DNA of 64,000 nucleotides, from the NCBI GenBank assembly GCA_039586895.1, contig JBDHJM010000004.1:15521-79520 (forward strand), given 5' to 3'. Each line of letters begins with the position of its first letter. Positions within the stretch are counted from its first letter, which is position 1. Position numbers and translations under genes: made by a program. The notes under the pieces are model-generated. The model saw only the letters and a list, made by a program, of their open reading frames with translations, did not search any database and was not told the origin of the DNA. This document shows, in pieces, positions 8,118-17,612 of this stretch. Source of the DNA: Gemmatimonadota bacterium (GTDB lineage Bacteria; Gemmatimonadota; Gemmatimonadetes; Gemmatimonadales; GWC2-71-9).

Positions 8118-10043
8118 ATGGCCCGCTCGGCGATCCGGCTCCAAGTGGTCCAGGCGGCCTTCGGCATCGCGGTTCTGGCGCTGCTCGCCCGGGCCGCGCA
8201 GGTGCAGCTGTTCCAGGGAGCGCGCCACGCCGCGACCGCGCAGGCTCAGCGCACCGAGCGCAAGGTGCTCGACGCCCGGCGCGGCACGATCTACGACCGC
8301 AACGGCATGCCGCTGGCGCTCACTCAGGAGGTGTTCCATGTGGGCGTTGCGCCCAACGAGCTGAGCGATGCCGAGGCAACGGCGCGCCTGCTGGAGCGGG
8401 AGCTCGGAGTGGCGCGCCGCGTCGTGCAGCGCGAACTGTCGGAGCCGTGGGGTTACTTCCACGGACCGTACACGGCGGTCGACGTGCAGCCGCTGCGCGG
8501 CGTGCGCGGCGTGTATCCCGAGCGGGAGCTGGTGCGGTTCTACCCGGACCCCGATCTGGCGCGCGCGGTGGTGGGGCGCCCGGGGGCCGACGGCCGTCCG
8601 GCCAGCGGTCTGGAGCGCACGCTGGACTCGCTGCTGGCGGGCACCGCGGGGACGTCCGTGGTGCTGGTCGACCGCCACGGCAATGAGATCGAGGCGCCCT
8701 CCGGACTGAGCGCCATCCCGGCTGCCGGCCACGACGTTTACCTGTCGATCGACGCCGGACTCCAGGAGATCGTGGAGCGGGCGCTCGCCGACGGAATCGA
8801 ACAGTACGACGCCGCGGGCGGCGACGTGGTGGTGCTCAACCCCCGTACCGGCGAGATTCTCGCCGTTGCATCGCTCGACGCGCAGGGGCGCGGCGCGGCA
8901 AGCGCCTTCACCGCCGTGTTCGAGCCCGGCTCCACTGCCAAGCTGTTCGCGGCCGCGGCCCTGCTGCGCGGCCGGCTGGCGGCCGCCGGAGACAGCGTCT
9001 GGGCGGAGGAGGGGACCTATCGGCTGGGCGGCCGCACGATCACCGACGAGCACCCCAGCGGCTGGCTCACGCTTCAGGCGGCCATCGAGCAGTCGAGCAA
9101 CATCGGTACGGTGAAGTTCGCTGAGCGGCTCAGTCCCGAGCTGCAGTTCCTGGCCCTGCGCGACTTCGGCCTGGGTACCCCCACCGGGGTGGAATACCCG
9201 GCGGAGTCTCCCGGCATCCTGAAGCTGCCCCACGAGTGGAGCGGCACCACACCGGCGAGCCTGGCAATGGGTTACGAGGTTGCGGTGACCGCGGTGCAGC
9301 TGGCGCAGGCATACGGCGCCATAGCGAACGACGGCGTGATGATGCAGCCCACCCTCATCCGAGAGATCCGCTCCGACGACGACCGGGTGATCTACCGCCG
9401 CGAGCCGGATCCGGTGCGGCGCGTGGTGGATGCGGAGGTGGCGGCGAGGTTGCGCGCGATGCTGCTGGGCGTGGTGTACCGCGGGGGGACGGGGCAGACG
9501 GCCGCGCTCACGAGCTACGAGCTGGCGGGAAAGACCGGCACGGCACGCCGCGCCGGGCCGGGCGGCTACATAACTAACTCGTACACGGCGAGCTTCGCTT
9601 CGCTGTTTCCGGCCGACGATCCTCAGCTCGTGATGGTCGTGAAACTGGACGATCCGCAGGGCGTCTACGCCCGCCTCACTGCGGCGCCGATCACGCGAGG
9701 GGTGGTGGAGCAGCTGCTGGCGGCGCAGAGCGACGCACTCGACCGTGGGCGCCTCACCGTAGAGCGCGAACCGGAGGCTCCGGCCCCGGCTATAGCGGCG
9801 GGCACGGTACCGTACGTGGTGGAGTGGCCGCTCGTGCTGCAGGCGGACACCGCGACCCCGCGCCCCGTCCCCGACGTGACCGGTCGCAGCCTGAGGGATG
9901 CGGCGCACCAGCTGCACTTAGCCGGACTGCGCGTGCGGGTGCGCGGCTGGGGCACGGTGCGCAGCGTAGAGCCAGCACCCGGGTCGAGAGTTGCTGCAGG
10001 GACGCTGGTCACCGTGCACGCGAGCCAACGGGGCAGCCAGTGA
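8118..10043 (+). CDS. ftsI: Peptidoglycan D,D-transpeptidase FtsI (class B PBP) with C-terminal PASTA domain
   Basis: SxxK (GSTAKLF), SxN (SSNIG) and KTG (GKTGTA) motifs. PASTA-like C-terminus (VPDVTGRSLRDAAHQLHLAGLRVRV). Confidence 0.92.
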   Translation: MARSAIRLQVVQAAFGIAVLALLARAAQVQLFQGARHAATAQAQRTERKVLDARRGTIYDRNGMPLALTQEVFHVGVAPNELSDAEATARLLERELGVARRVVQRELSEPWGYFHGPYTAVDVQPLRGVRGVYPERELVRFYPDPDLARAVVGRPGADGRPASGLERTLDSLLAGTAGTSVVLVDRHGNEIEAPSGLSAIPAAGHDVYLSIDAGLQEIVERALADGIEQYDAAGGDVVVLNPRTGEILAVASLDAQGRGAASAFTAVFEPGSTAKLFAAAALLRGRLAAAGDSVWAEEGTYRLGGRTITDEHPSGWLTLQAAIEQSSNIGTVKFAERLSPELQFLALRDFGLGTPTGVEYPAESPGILKLPHEWSGTTPASLAMGYEVAVTAVQLAQAYGAIANDGVMMQPTLIREIRSDDDRVIYRREPDPVRRVVDAEVAARLRAMLLGVVYRGGTGQTAALTSYELAGKTGTARRAGPGGYITNSYTASFASLFPADDPQLVMVVKLDDPQGVYARLTAAPITRGVVEQLLAAQSDALDRGRLTVEREPEAPAPAIAAGTVPYVVEWPLVLQADTATPRPVPDVTGRSLRDAAHQLHLAGLRVRVRGWGTVRSVEPAPGSRVAAGTLVTVHASQRGSQ

Positions 10044-11506
10044 GCGGTCTCGGCGCAGTGCTCGCCGCCCTGGCCGAGGCGGACCAGCTCATCGAGCACC
10101 CGGAGTCCCTGCCGGCAATCAGCGGCGTGGCCGACGACTCGCGACGGGTAGAGCGGGGCACTCTGTTCTGTGCCGTGGTCGGGACCGCGGCGGACGGGCA
10201 CGACTACGTGGCCGACGCGGCCGCACGTGGAGCGGCGGCGGCGCTGGTCACGCGGCGCGTGGATGCTGCGATACCGCAGGTCGTGGTGCGGGACGGACGC
10301 GCCGCGACTGGAATCGCGGCGCGCGAGTGGTACGACCGGCCCGGCGATGCACTGCGGCTCATCGGCGTGACGGGCACCAACGGAAAGACCACCACGGTCG
10401 CACTGCTGCGCCATCTCCTGAACGCGGCAGGTGACGCCGGATCCATCGGCACGGTGGGCGCGTTCGACGGTGCGGGCCAGGCGCTGGGCGGCTACGGCGT
10501 GCTCACCACGCCGGGACCGGTGGAGCTGCAGCGCGCCCTGGCCGAGCTCGGCCAGCGTGGGGCCGCCAAGGTGGTGATGGAGGCGTCGTCGCACGCGCTG
10601 GATCAGGGCCGCCTCGAGAGCATGGGCTTCGCGGCCGCCGTCTATACCAACCTCAGCCACGAGCATCTCGACTACCACGGGGATCTCTCCAACTACCTCG
10701 CCGCGAAGCTGCAGCTGTCTGGGCTGCTGCGAGCCGACGGTGTGGAGGTGGTCAACGCCGACGACGCCGCGTGGCGCGAGCTGCCCGAGCGGCCCGGCGG
10801 ACGCAGGGTGATGTTCGGGACCAGCGCGGGGGCGGAGGTGCGCGCGAGCGACGTGGAGCTGGACGCGCGGGGCGCCCGGTTCACGCTCGCCTTTGGGAGC
10901 GAAGCGCTCTCCGTAGAGACGCCTCTGCTGGGTGACTTCAACGTGGCCAATGCGACGGCCGCCGCCGCCGCGGCGTGGGCGCTGGGCGAAGCGCCCGCTC
11001 TAATCGCCACGCGACTCGCCACGGCGCCGCAGGTGTCAGGGCGGATGGAGCGGCTCCCGGCCGGTGCGAAGGTCGTGCTGCGCGACTACGCGCACACACC
11101 CGACGCCCTGGAGCGGGCGCTGGCTGCGCTGGCATCCCTGACGTCCGGACGCCTGATCGTGCTGTTCGGCGCCGGTGGCGACCGGGACCGTGCCAAGCGC
11201 CCGATCATGGGTCGGATCGCTGCGCGCGGAGCCGACCTCGCCATCGTCACTTCCGACAATCCGCGCACCGAGAATCCGGACGCGATCATCGACGAGATCG
11301 AGACGGGCATGGAGGGGGCGGCACACGAGCGCATTACCGACCGGCGCGAGGCGATAGGCCGCGCGCTGGAGCTGTGCGGCGCGGACGACGTCGTCCTGCT
11401 CGCGGGGAAGGGACACGAGGATTACCAGGTGCTGGGCACCGAGCGCCTGCCCTTCGACGAGCGGGCGATCGTGATGGAGCTGATGGGCTGGAGGCTGGAC
11501 ACTTGA
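10040..11506 (+). CDS. murE: UDP-N-acetylmuramoyl-L-alanyl-D-glutamate--2,6-diaminopimelate ligase MurE
   Basis: GVTGTNGKTTT P-loop and Mur ligase middle and C domains. GTG 10040 overlaps the ftsI stop (GTGA). Confidence 0.9.
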   Translation: MSGLGAVLAALAEADQLIEHPESLPAISGVADDSRRVERGTLFCAVVGTAADGHDYVADAAARGAAAALVTRRVDAAIPQVVVRDGRAATGIAAREWYDRPGDALRLIGVTGTNGKTTTVALLRHLLNAAGDAGSIGTVGAFDGAGQALGGYGVLTTPGPVELQRALAELGQRGAAKVVMEASSHALDQGRLESMGFAAAVYTNLSHEHLDYHGDLSNYLAAKLQLSGLLRADGVEVVNADDAAWRELPERPGGRRVMFGTSAGAEVRASDVELDARGARFTLAFGSEALSVETPLLGDFNVANATAAAAAAWALGEAPALIATRLATAPQVSGRMERLPAGAKVVLRDYAHTPDALERALAALASLTSGRLIVLFGAGGDRDRAKRPIMGRIAARGADLAIVTSDNPRTENPDAIIDEIETGMEGAAHERITDRREAIGRALELCGADDVVLLAGKGHEDYQVLGTERLPFDERAIVMELMGWRLDT

Positions 11507-12870
11507 GCGCTCACGCGGGCGCGCACCCGGGCGCCTGGACGGCGCAGCGCGTGGCACGCGTGCTGGGGTGCGCTGCTCCGGCCAAGCTCGAGTTCTCGGG
11601 CGTTGCGACCGATACGCGCACCCTCGAGCCGGGCGCCCTGTTCGTGGCTCTCACGGGCGAGCGCTTCGACGGGCACGACTACCTCGCCGCCGCGCGGGAG
11701 AGCGGCGCGGCCGGTGCCGTGGTTCGCCGCGGCAGCGCGATTCCCCAGGAATTTCCCGTATTCGAGGTGGACGACACGCTGCAGGCCCTGGGGCTGCTGG
11801 CGCGCGACAGGCGGCGCGAGGTGCAGGGGCCCGTCGTGGCCGTCACCGGGACCAACGGCAAGACCGCCACCAAGGAGATGCTGGCCCTGGCTCTCGCCAC
11901 GCGCTGGAGCGTGCACGCGACCAGCGGCAACCTCAACAACCTGATCGGCGTGCCGCTCACGATCCTCGCCGCAGACCCGTCCACCGAGGCGCTCGTCGTC
12001 GAGGCCGGGGCGAGCGTACCGGGCGAGATCGCGCGGCTGCGCGACGTGATCGAGCCGAGCCTGGCCGTGGTCACCAACGTAGCCGCGGGACACGTCGAGG
12101 GGTTTGGCTCGCTGGAAGGCGTGCTGCGCGAGAAGACAGCTCTGCTGCAGGGAGCGGCGGCGGCCGTGGTCGGGACCCGCCCGCCCCAACTGGCCGAGCT
12201 CGCGCGCGAGGTGGCCGAGCGCGTGGTGACCGCGGGCGTGGAGCCAGCAGCCGACGTGCGCCCCGATGAGTGGCGGCTCGACGGGCGCGGCAGGCCGGTC
12301 GTCTCGTTCCGCGGCGTCGAAGTGAGTATCCCGGCAGTGGGCCGGCACCAGGTGGAGAACACCATGCTGGCGCTGGCGGCAGCGGAGCAGCTGGGTCTGG
12401 AGCTCACCGCCGTTGCAGCCGCGCTCGCAGAGCTCTCACTGCCGGGCGGGCGCTGTGAGCTGCTCGAGCACGGCAGCCTGCTGGTGCTCAACGACTGCTA
12501 CAACTCGAACCCGGCTTCGCTGGCCGCGGCTCTGGAGACGGCCGAGGCGCTGCGCGGCGAGCGGCCGCTCGCGGTGGCGCTCGGTACGATGCTCGAGCTG
12601 GGTGCCGAGAGCGACGCGCTGCACCGCGAGATGGCCGAGCGGGTGATCGCTGCCAAGCCAAGCCTCCTGGGTGCGGTCGGTGCTTTCGCAGCGGCGCTCG
12701 AGCCGCACCGCGCGGTGCTGGGCGACCGGTTGCTCACAGCGGCCGACCCCGCCAGTTTGGGGGAGCTTTTGGCAGAGCGGCTGGTAGGCGACGAGTTGGT
12801 ATTGCTGAAGGCATCGCGCGGCGTCCGCATGGAGCGGGCCATTCGGCATCTCATCCCGGACCGAGAGTAG
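11503..12870 (+). CDS. murF: UDP-N-acetylmuramoyl-tripeptide--D-alanyl-D-alanine ligase MurF
   Basis: DTRTLEPGALFVAL and VTGTNGKTATKEM motifs. TTG 11503 overlaps the murE stop (TTGA). The start is less certain than the identity. Confidence 0.88.
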   Translation: MSAHAGAHPGAWTAQRVARVLGCAAPAKLEFSGVATDTRTLEPGALFVALTGERFDGHDYLAAARESGAAGAVVRRGSAIPQEFPVFEVDDTLQALGLLARDRRREVQGPVVAVTGTNGKTATKEMLALALATRWSVHATSGNLNNLIGVPLTILAADPSTEALVVEAGASVPGEIARLRDVIEPSLAVVTNVAAGHVEGFGSLEGVLREKTALLQGAAAAVVGTRPPQLAELAREVAERVVTAGVEPAADVRPDEWRLDGRGRPVVSFRGVEVSIPAVGRHQVENTMLALAAAEQLGLELTAVAAALAELSLPGGRCELLEHGSLLVLNDCYNSNPASLAAALETAEALRGERPLAVALGTMLELGAESDALHREMAERVIAAKPSLLGAVGAFAAALEPHRAVLGDRLLTAADPASLGELLAERLVGDELVLLKASRGVRMERAIRHLIPDRE

Positions 12871-12873
12871 CCC

Positions 12874-13995
12874 GTGCTCTATCACTTCCTGGTGCCGCTG
12901 GCCGATCGGTTCTTCGCCTTCAATCTCTTCAACTACATCAGCTTTCGCGCAGGTGGCGCGGCGGTCACGGCCATCGTGCTGGTGTTCGTGATCGGCCCGC
13001 CGATAATCCGGCGCCTGAAGGACCGCAACGTGGGCCAGGTGATCCGCGCAGAGGGGCCCGCATCGCACCAGGCCAAGCGCGGCACGCCCACCATGGGGGG
13101 GCTCATCGTCCTCATCGGTACGCTGGTGCCCACGCTGCTCTGGGCCCGGCTGGACAATCGCTACGTGATGGTGGCCGCCGCGGCCACGCTGTGGATGGGC
13201 TGCATCGGGTTCGTGGACGACTACCTCAAGTTCATCTCAGGCAAGCCGCGCGGCCTGGTGGCACGCCACAAGCTGATCGGCCAGGTGACGTTCGGTGTCG
13301 TGCTGGGCACCTATCTTCTGCTTCAGCCGCTGGTGGATACGCTGCCGGCAAGCTCGACGACGCTGCCGTTCTTCAAGTACGTGGTGGTCGTGATGGCGCC
13401 GCTGCTGTACGTGGGCTTCGTCACGCTGGTTCTCACCGGGACCAGCAACGCGGTGAACCTGACTGACGGGCTGGACGGATTGGCCATTGGGCTGACCGGC
13501 GTGGCGGCCGTCGCGTTTGCCATATTCGCCTATCTGTTCGGGCGCGTGGACTCCGCCGAATATCTCTTCGTGTTTTACCTGCCCGGCGCGGGCGAGTTGA
13601 CGATATTCTGTGCGTCACTCATGGGCGCGGCCCTCGGGTTCCTCTGGTTCAACGCGCACCCCGCTCAGGTGTTCATGGGCGACACCGGCAGCCTCGCCGT
13701 GGGTGGTGCGTTCGGCACGATAGCCATCCTGCTCAAGTCTGAGTTCCTGCTGCTCCTGGTGGGTGGGGTCTTCGTGGCCGAGGCGCTCTCGGTGATAATC
13801 CAGACGGGTGCGTTCAAGTGGCAGAAGCGGCGCCGCGGCCGCGAGTACGCTGAACAGCACCGCGTGTTCCGTATGGCGCCGCTGCACCATCACTTCGAGA
13901 AGCTGGGGTGGCCCGAGTCCAAGGTGGTCACGCGGTTCTACATCATCGGGATCCTCTGCGCGCTGCTCGCGCTTTCCACGCTCAAGATTCGATGA
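12874..13995 (+). CDS. mraY: Phospho-N-acetylmuramoyl-pentapeptide-transferase MraY
   Basis: Polytopic membrane protein with NAVNLTDGLDGLA, MGDTGSLA and HHHFE motifs. Confidence 0.95.
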   Translation: MLYHFLVPLADRFFAFNLFNYISFRAGGAAVTAIVLVFVIGPPIIRRLKDRNVGQVIRAEGPASHQAKRGTPTMGGLIVLIGTLVPTLLWARLDNRYVMVAAAATLWMGCIGFVDDYLKFISGKPRGLVARHKLIGQVTFGVVLGTYLLLQPLVDTLPASSTTLPFFKYVVVVMAPLLYVGFVTLVLTGTSNAVNLTDGLDGLAIGLTGVAAVAFAIFAYLFGRVDSAEYLFVFYLPGAGELTIFCASLMGAALGFLWFNAHPAQVFMGDTGSLAVGGAFGTIAILLKSEFLLLLVGGVFVAEALSVIIQTGAFKWQKRRRGREYAEQHRVFRMAPLHHHFEKLGWPESKVVTRFYIIGILCALLALSTLKIR

Positions 13996-15338
13996 TCCCC
14001 GATCGCTGGCTCGGCGGCGAGGTGGCGGTCATCGGGATAGGACGCAGCGGCCTCGCCGCCGGCCGGTGGCTGGCCGGGCACGGCCTGCGGGTGTACGCCT
14101 CCGACGCGGCCGACACCGAAGCGCTGCACGAGACCGCCGAGCTGCTGCGCCGGGCGGGCGCCGACGTGGACGTGGGGCGTCACGACCTGGAGCGCATCGC
14201 GCGCGCCGCGGCGGCAGTGGTGTCGCCCGGCGTGCCACCCGAGGCGCCGCCGCTTCAGGCGGCACGCGCCGCCGGGGTGGAGATCGTCGCGGAGCTGGAC
14301 CTCGGAGTGCGCGCGCTGGAGAACTGCAAACTCCTGGTCGTTACGGGCACCAACGGCAAGACGACGACCACGGCGCTGGCGGCGCATCTGCTTCAGGCGG
14401 GGGGGCTCGACGCCGAGGCCGCGGGCAATATCGGGCGCCCGCTTACCGACCTCGCGGCTGACGCCGAGCCCCCCGAGTGGATCGCGCTAGAGGTGTCGTC
14501 GTTCCAGCTGCACGACTCGCCGCATCTCACCCCGGCCGTGGGGGTGCTCACCAACCTGGCGCCGGACCACCTGGATCGGTATTCGGACCTGGAGTCGTAC
14601 TACGCCGACAAGCGGCTGCTGTTTCGCAACGCCGGCGACGACTCGACGTGGGTCGTGAACCGGGACGATTCCGCAGCACAGCAGCTGGCGCACGGTGCGG
14701 CCGGAGCGCACGTCGGCTTCAGTCTGGAGTCGCCGAGCGACGCATGGTACGACCGAGCGGCGGGACGGCTCATGCTGCGCGACACGCCGCTCCTGGCGCG
14801 CGACGCGCTGCAGCTGATGGGCGACCACAACGTGGCCAATGCCCTGGCCGCCGCCCTGGCCGCGCACGCCGCCGGCGTATCGCCGGAGCGGCTCGCTGGG
14901 GGGCTGGCGGGGTTCCGGGCGCCGGCGCACCGCCTGGAGCCGGTTCGCACGGTGGGCGAGGTGCTCTGGATCAACGACTCGAAGGCGACCAACGTGTCGG
15001 CAGCGCGAGTCGCACTGCAGGCGATGACGCGGCCCTACGTGGTCATAATGGGAGGGCACCCCAAGGGAGAATCGTTCACCCCGCTGGCTGGCGCGATCGG
15101 GGAGCGGTGCCGTGCCGCGGTGGCGTACGGTGAGGCGGCCCCGGCCATCGAGCGGGAGCTGTCGGGTGCGGTCGAGCTCGAGACGGTCTCCAGCTTCGAC
15201 GATGCGGTGCGCCGGGCGGCGGAGCTGGCCCGGCCGGGCGATGCCGTGCTGCTGTCGCCGGCCTGCGCCAGCTTCGATCAGTTCTCCAGCTACGTAGAGC
15301 GGGGCGAGCGGTTCAGGAACCTGGCGGGGGCTGCATGA
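13992..15338 (+). CDS. murD: UDP-N-acetylmuramoylalanine--D-glutamate ligase MurD
   Basis: VIGIGRSG Rossmann N-terminus and VTGTNGKTTTTAL P-loop. ATG 13992 overlaps the mraY stop (ATGA). Confidence 0.92.
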   Translation: MIPDRWLGGEVAVIGIGRSGLAAGRWLAGHGLRVYASDAADTEALHETAELLRRAGADVDVGRHDLERIARAAAAVVSPGVPPEAPPLQAARAAGVEIVAELDLGVRALENCKLLVVTGTNGKTTTTALAAHLLQAGGLDAEAAGNIGRPLTDLAADAEPPEWIALEVSSFQLHDSPHLTPAVGVLTNLAPDHLDRYSDLESYYADKRLLFRNAGDDSTWVVNRDDSAAQQLAHGAAGAHVGFSLESPSDAWYDRAAGRLMLRDTPLLARDALQLMGDHNVANALAAALAAHAAGVSPERLAGGLAGFRAPAHRLEPVRTVGEVLWINDSKATNVSAARVALQAMTRPYVVIMGGHPKGESFTPLAGAIGERCRAAVAYGEAAPAIERELSGAVELETVSSFDDAVRRAAELARPGDAVLLSPACASFDQFSSYVERGERFRNLAGAA

Positions 15339-16471
15339 AGCGCGCCCGTTCGACGACGCCCGCGCTGTGGGAGGGCCGCCTGCTGGGCATCGTCGCCGCG
15401 ACGCTGGTGGTGTTCGGGATCGCTGCCGTGTACGGGGCTTCGAGTATCTGGGCGGTGCAGGAGGGGCATTCCGGAGGTTTCTTCGCGGCGCGCCAGCTGA
15501 TCGGCGCGCTGCTCGGTGTGGCGCTGCTGCTGCTGGCGGCGCGCCTCGACTACGGTCTGTGGCGCCGCTACGCGTGGGTCCTGCTGGGAGTGGCGGCCGC
15601 GCTGCTCGTGGTGCCGCTGCTGCCCTTCACGCGGGCGATCGCGCCCGAGCTGAACGGCGCGCGGCGCTGGATCACGCTCGGTCCGCTCACGCTGCAGCCC
15701 TCCGAAGTCGCGAAGCTGGCCGTCGTGGTCTGGGCCGCGATGCTGGCAGTACGCAAGGGTGCCGCGCTGAGGGACTTCAAGCGGGGCCTGCTGCCGTTCA
15801 TCGTGGTGCTGGTGCCGCTGGCGGCGCTCATAGTGCTGGAGCCGGATCTCTCTACCGCGACGCTCGTTCTGCTGCTGGCCGGAGTGGTGCTGTTCACGGC
15901 CGGGGCGCGCATCGGGCATTTCCTGCTGCTCGGGATAGTACTGGTGCCGCTGGTGTGGCACGAGATCGTGAGCGCACAGTACCGCCTCGCCCGCATGGTC
16001 AGCTTCCTGAGCGCGGGTGGGGACGTGGAGGAGGCGAGCTGGCAGATCCAGCAGTCTCTCATCGGCATCGGCGCCGGGCGCTGGCTCGGCGTGGGTTTCG
16101 GCGAGGGCCTGCAGAAGCTGGGCTATCTGCCGTACGCGTACTCCGACTTCATCTTCAGCACGATCGGTGAGGAGTGGGGATTCCTCGGAGTCACACTGAT
16201 GCTGGCGCTGCTGGCCCTCTATCTGTGGCTCGGCTTCCGCATCGCGCGCACCGCAGCTGATCCTTTCGGCACGCTGCTCGCCACCGGGCTCACCGCCATG
16301 ATCGGGATCGCCGCGCTGCTGCACATCGGTGTCACGCTGGCTGTCGTGCCGACCACCGGTATCCCGCTGCCGTTCGTCTCGTACGGGCGCTCCAGCCTGA
16401 TAATTTCGCTCGTGGCGACGGGCATCATCATCAGCGTGGCGCGCGGCCCGCGCCGCGCCAAGACGCGCTGA
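15335..16471 (+). CDS. ftsW: Peptidoglycan glycosyltransferase FtsW (SEDS family)
   Basis: 378-aa polytopic SEDS-type sequence in the canonical murD-ftsW-murG position. ATGA overlap with murD. Confidence 0.92.
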   Translation: MKRARSTTPALWEGRLLGIVAATLVVFGIAAVYGASSIWAVQEGHSGGFFAARQLIGALLGVALLLLAARLDYGLWRRYAWVLLGVAAALLVVPLLPFTRAIAPELNGARRWITLGPLTLQPSEVAKLAVVVWAAMLAVRKGAALRDFKRGLLPFIVVLVPLAALIVLEPDLSTATLVLLLAGVVLFTAGARIGHFLLLGIVLVPLVWHEIVSAQYRLARMVSFLSAGGDVEEASWQIQQSLIGIGAGRWLGVGFGEGLQKLGYLPYAYSDFIFSTIGEEWGFLGVTLMLALLALYLWLGFRIARTAADPFGTLLATGLTAMIGIAALLHIGVTLAVVPTTGIPLPFVSYGRSSLIISLVATGIIISVARGPRRAKTR

Positions 16472-17562
16472 TGCGGATCCTGATCGCGGGCGGGGGCACC
16501 GGCGGGCATCTGATGCCCGCCCTGGCACTGGCCGACGCACTGGTCGCCGAGCGTGGTGACGTGGAGCCGGTGCTGGTGGGCGCCGAGCGCGGGGTCGAGG
16601 CCAGGCTGCTGCCGTCGCGTCCCTGGCGCTATCACCTGCTTCCGGCAGAGCCGATTCACAGGCGCGCCTGGTGGCGCAACTTCCGCTGGCCCCTCATCCT
16701 GACCCGCCTGCTGCGCGAGGGCAGCCGAGTGCTCGCCGAGGAGCGGCCGGTGCTCGCGGTGGGCACCGGCGGTTACGCGGCCGGCCCCATCCTGACTCAA
16801 GCGCTGCGCCGCGGCATTCCCGTGGCCCTGCAGGAGCAGAACGCGTACCCAGGTTTCACCACGCGGAGGCTGGCGCGCCGGGCGCGTCAGATCCACCTCG
16901 GCTTTCCCGAAGCACGCCGCCATCTCTCGCCAGGCCCGGCAACGGAGGTGTTCGAGTTCGGCAACCCGATCGTGCCACCGCCCAGCCCCCATACTGACCG
17001 GGCCGCCGCGCGTGAGAAGCTGTCGATTGCGACCGACGCCCGCGTCGTGTTCGTGACGGGCGGCAGCCAGGGCGCACGCAGCATCAACCGCGCCGTGGCC
17101 GCCGCGCTGAGTGAGGGCCTGCTGGACGACGTGGTGGTGCTATGGGGCACGGGCATGGGCATGTGGGAGCAGTACCGCGGCTTCGACCTGCCGCCGCGGC
17201 GCCGCCTGCGGGCGTTCTGGGACCCGATCGGGCAGGCCTATGCTGCCTGCGACCTGGTGGTGGCACGCGCCGGCGCGATGTCGACCGCCGAGATCTGCGC
17301 CTGGGGCCTCCCCTCGGTGCTGATCCCGCTTCCGACCGCCGCGGCCGGGCACCAGTCTGAGAATGCGGAGGCCCTGGCCCGGGGTGGGGCGGCGGTCCAC
17401 CTGCCGGACCCCTTGCTCGGGGGCGGACGGCTGGCCGAGGAGGTGCAGGGGCTCCTCGCGGACCCCGAGCGGCTGACACAGATGGGGGTCGCGGCGGCCG
17501 CCCGGGGGCACCCGAACGCATCCCAAAACATCGCCCGCCAACTCCTCGCCATAGTGAGCTAA
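16471..17562 (+). CDS. murG: UDP-GlcNAc:lipid I N-acetylglucosamine transferase MurG
   Basis: GGTGGHLMPALALA N-terminal motif and GT28 C-terminal region. TGATG junction with ftsW. Confidence 0.93.
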   Translation: MRILIAGGGTGGHLMPALALADALVAERGDVEPVLVGAERGVEARLLPSRPWRYHLLPAEPIHRRAWWRNFRWPLILTRLLREGSRVLAEERPVLAVGTGGYAAGPILTQALRRGIPVALQEQNAYPGFTTRRLARRARQIHLGFPEARRHLSPGPATEVFEFGNPIVPPPSPHTDRAAAREKLSIATDARVVFVTGGSQGARSINRAVAAALSEGLLDDVVVLWGTGMGMWEQYRGFDLPPRRRLRAFWDPIGQAYAACDLVVARAGAMSTAEICAWGLPSVLIPLPTAAAGHQSENAEALARGGAAVHLPDPLLGGGRLAEEVQGLLADPERLTQMGVAAAARGHPNASQNIARQLLAIVS

Positions 17563-17572
17563 GTCCAAGGGC

Positions 17573-17601
17573 TTTCGTAACTTTCGGGGTCGCCTTATAT
17601 T
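17573..17601 (+). promoter_or_regulatory. Candidate internal dcw promoter upstream of murC (TTTCGT-17 nt-TATATT)
   Basis: This is the only sizeable gap (50 nt) inside the dcw cluster and it is locally AT-rich. The -10 ends 11 nt before the murC ATG, and there is no Shine-Dalgarno sequence. Confidence 0.3.
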
Positions 17602-17612
17602 GGCTTCCCGAG

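Noticed and set aside
7662-9917. 751-aa ORF on the minus strand
   Set aside because: It lies entirely antisense to ftsI, which has unambiguous SxxK/SxN/KTG motifs. The translation is Arg/Gly/Ala/Pro-rich with no recognisable motif. This is a typical stop-free shadow frame in very GC-rich DNA.
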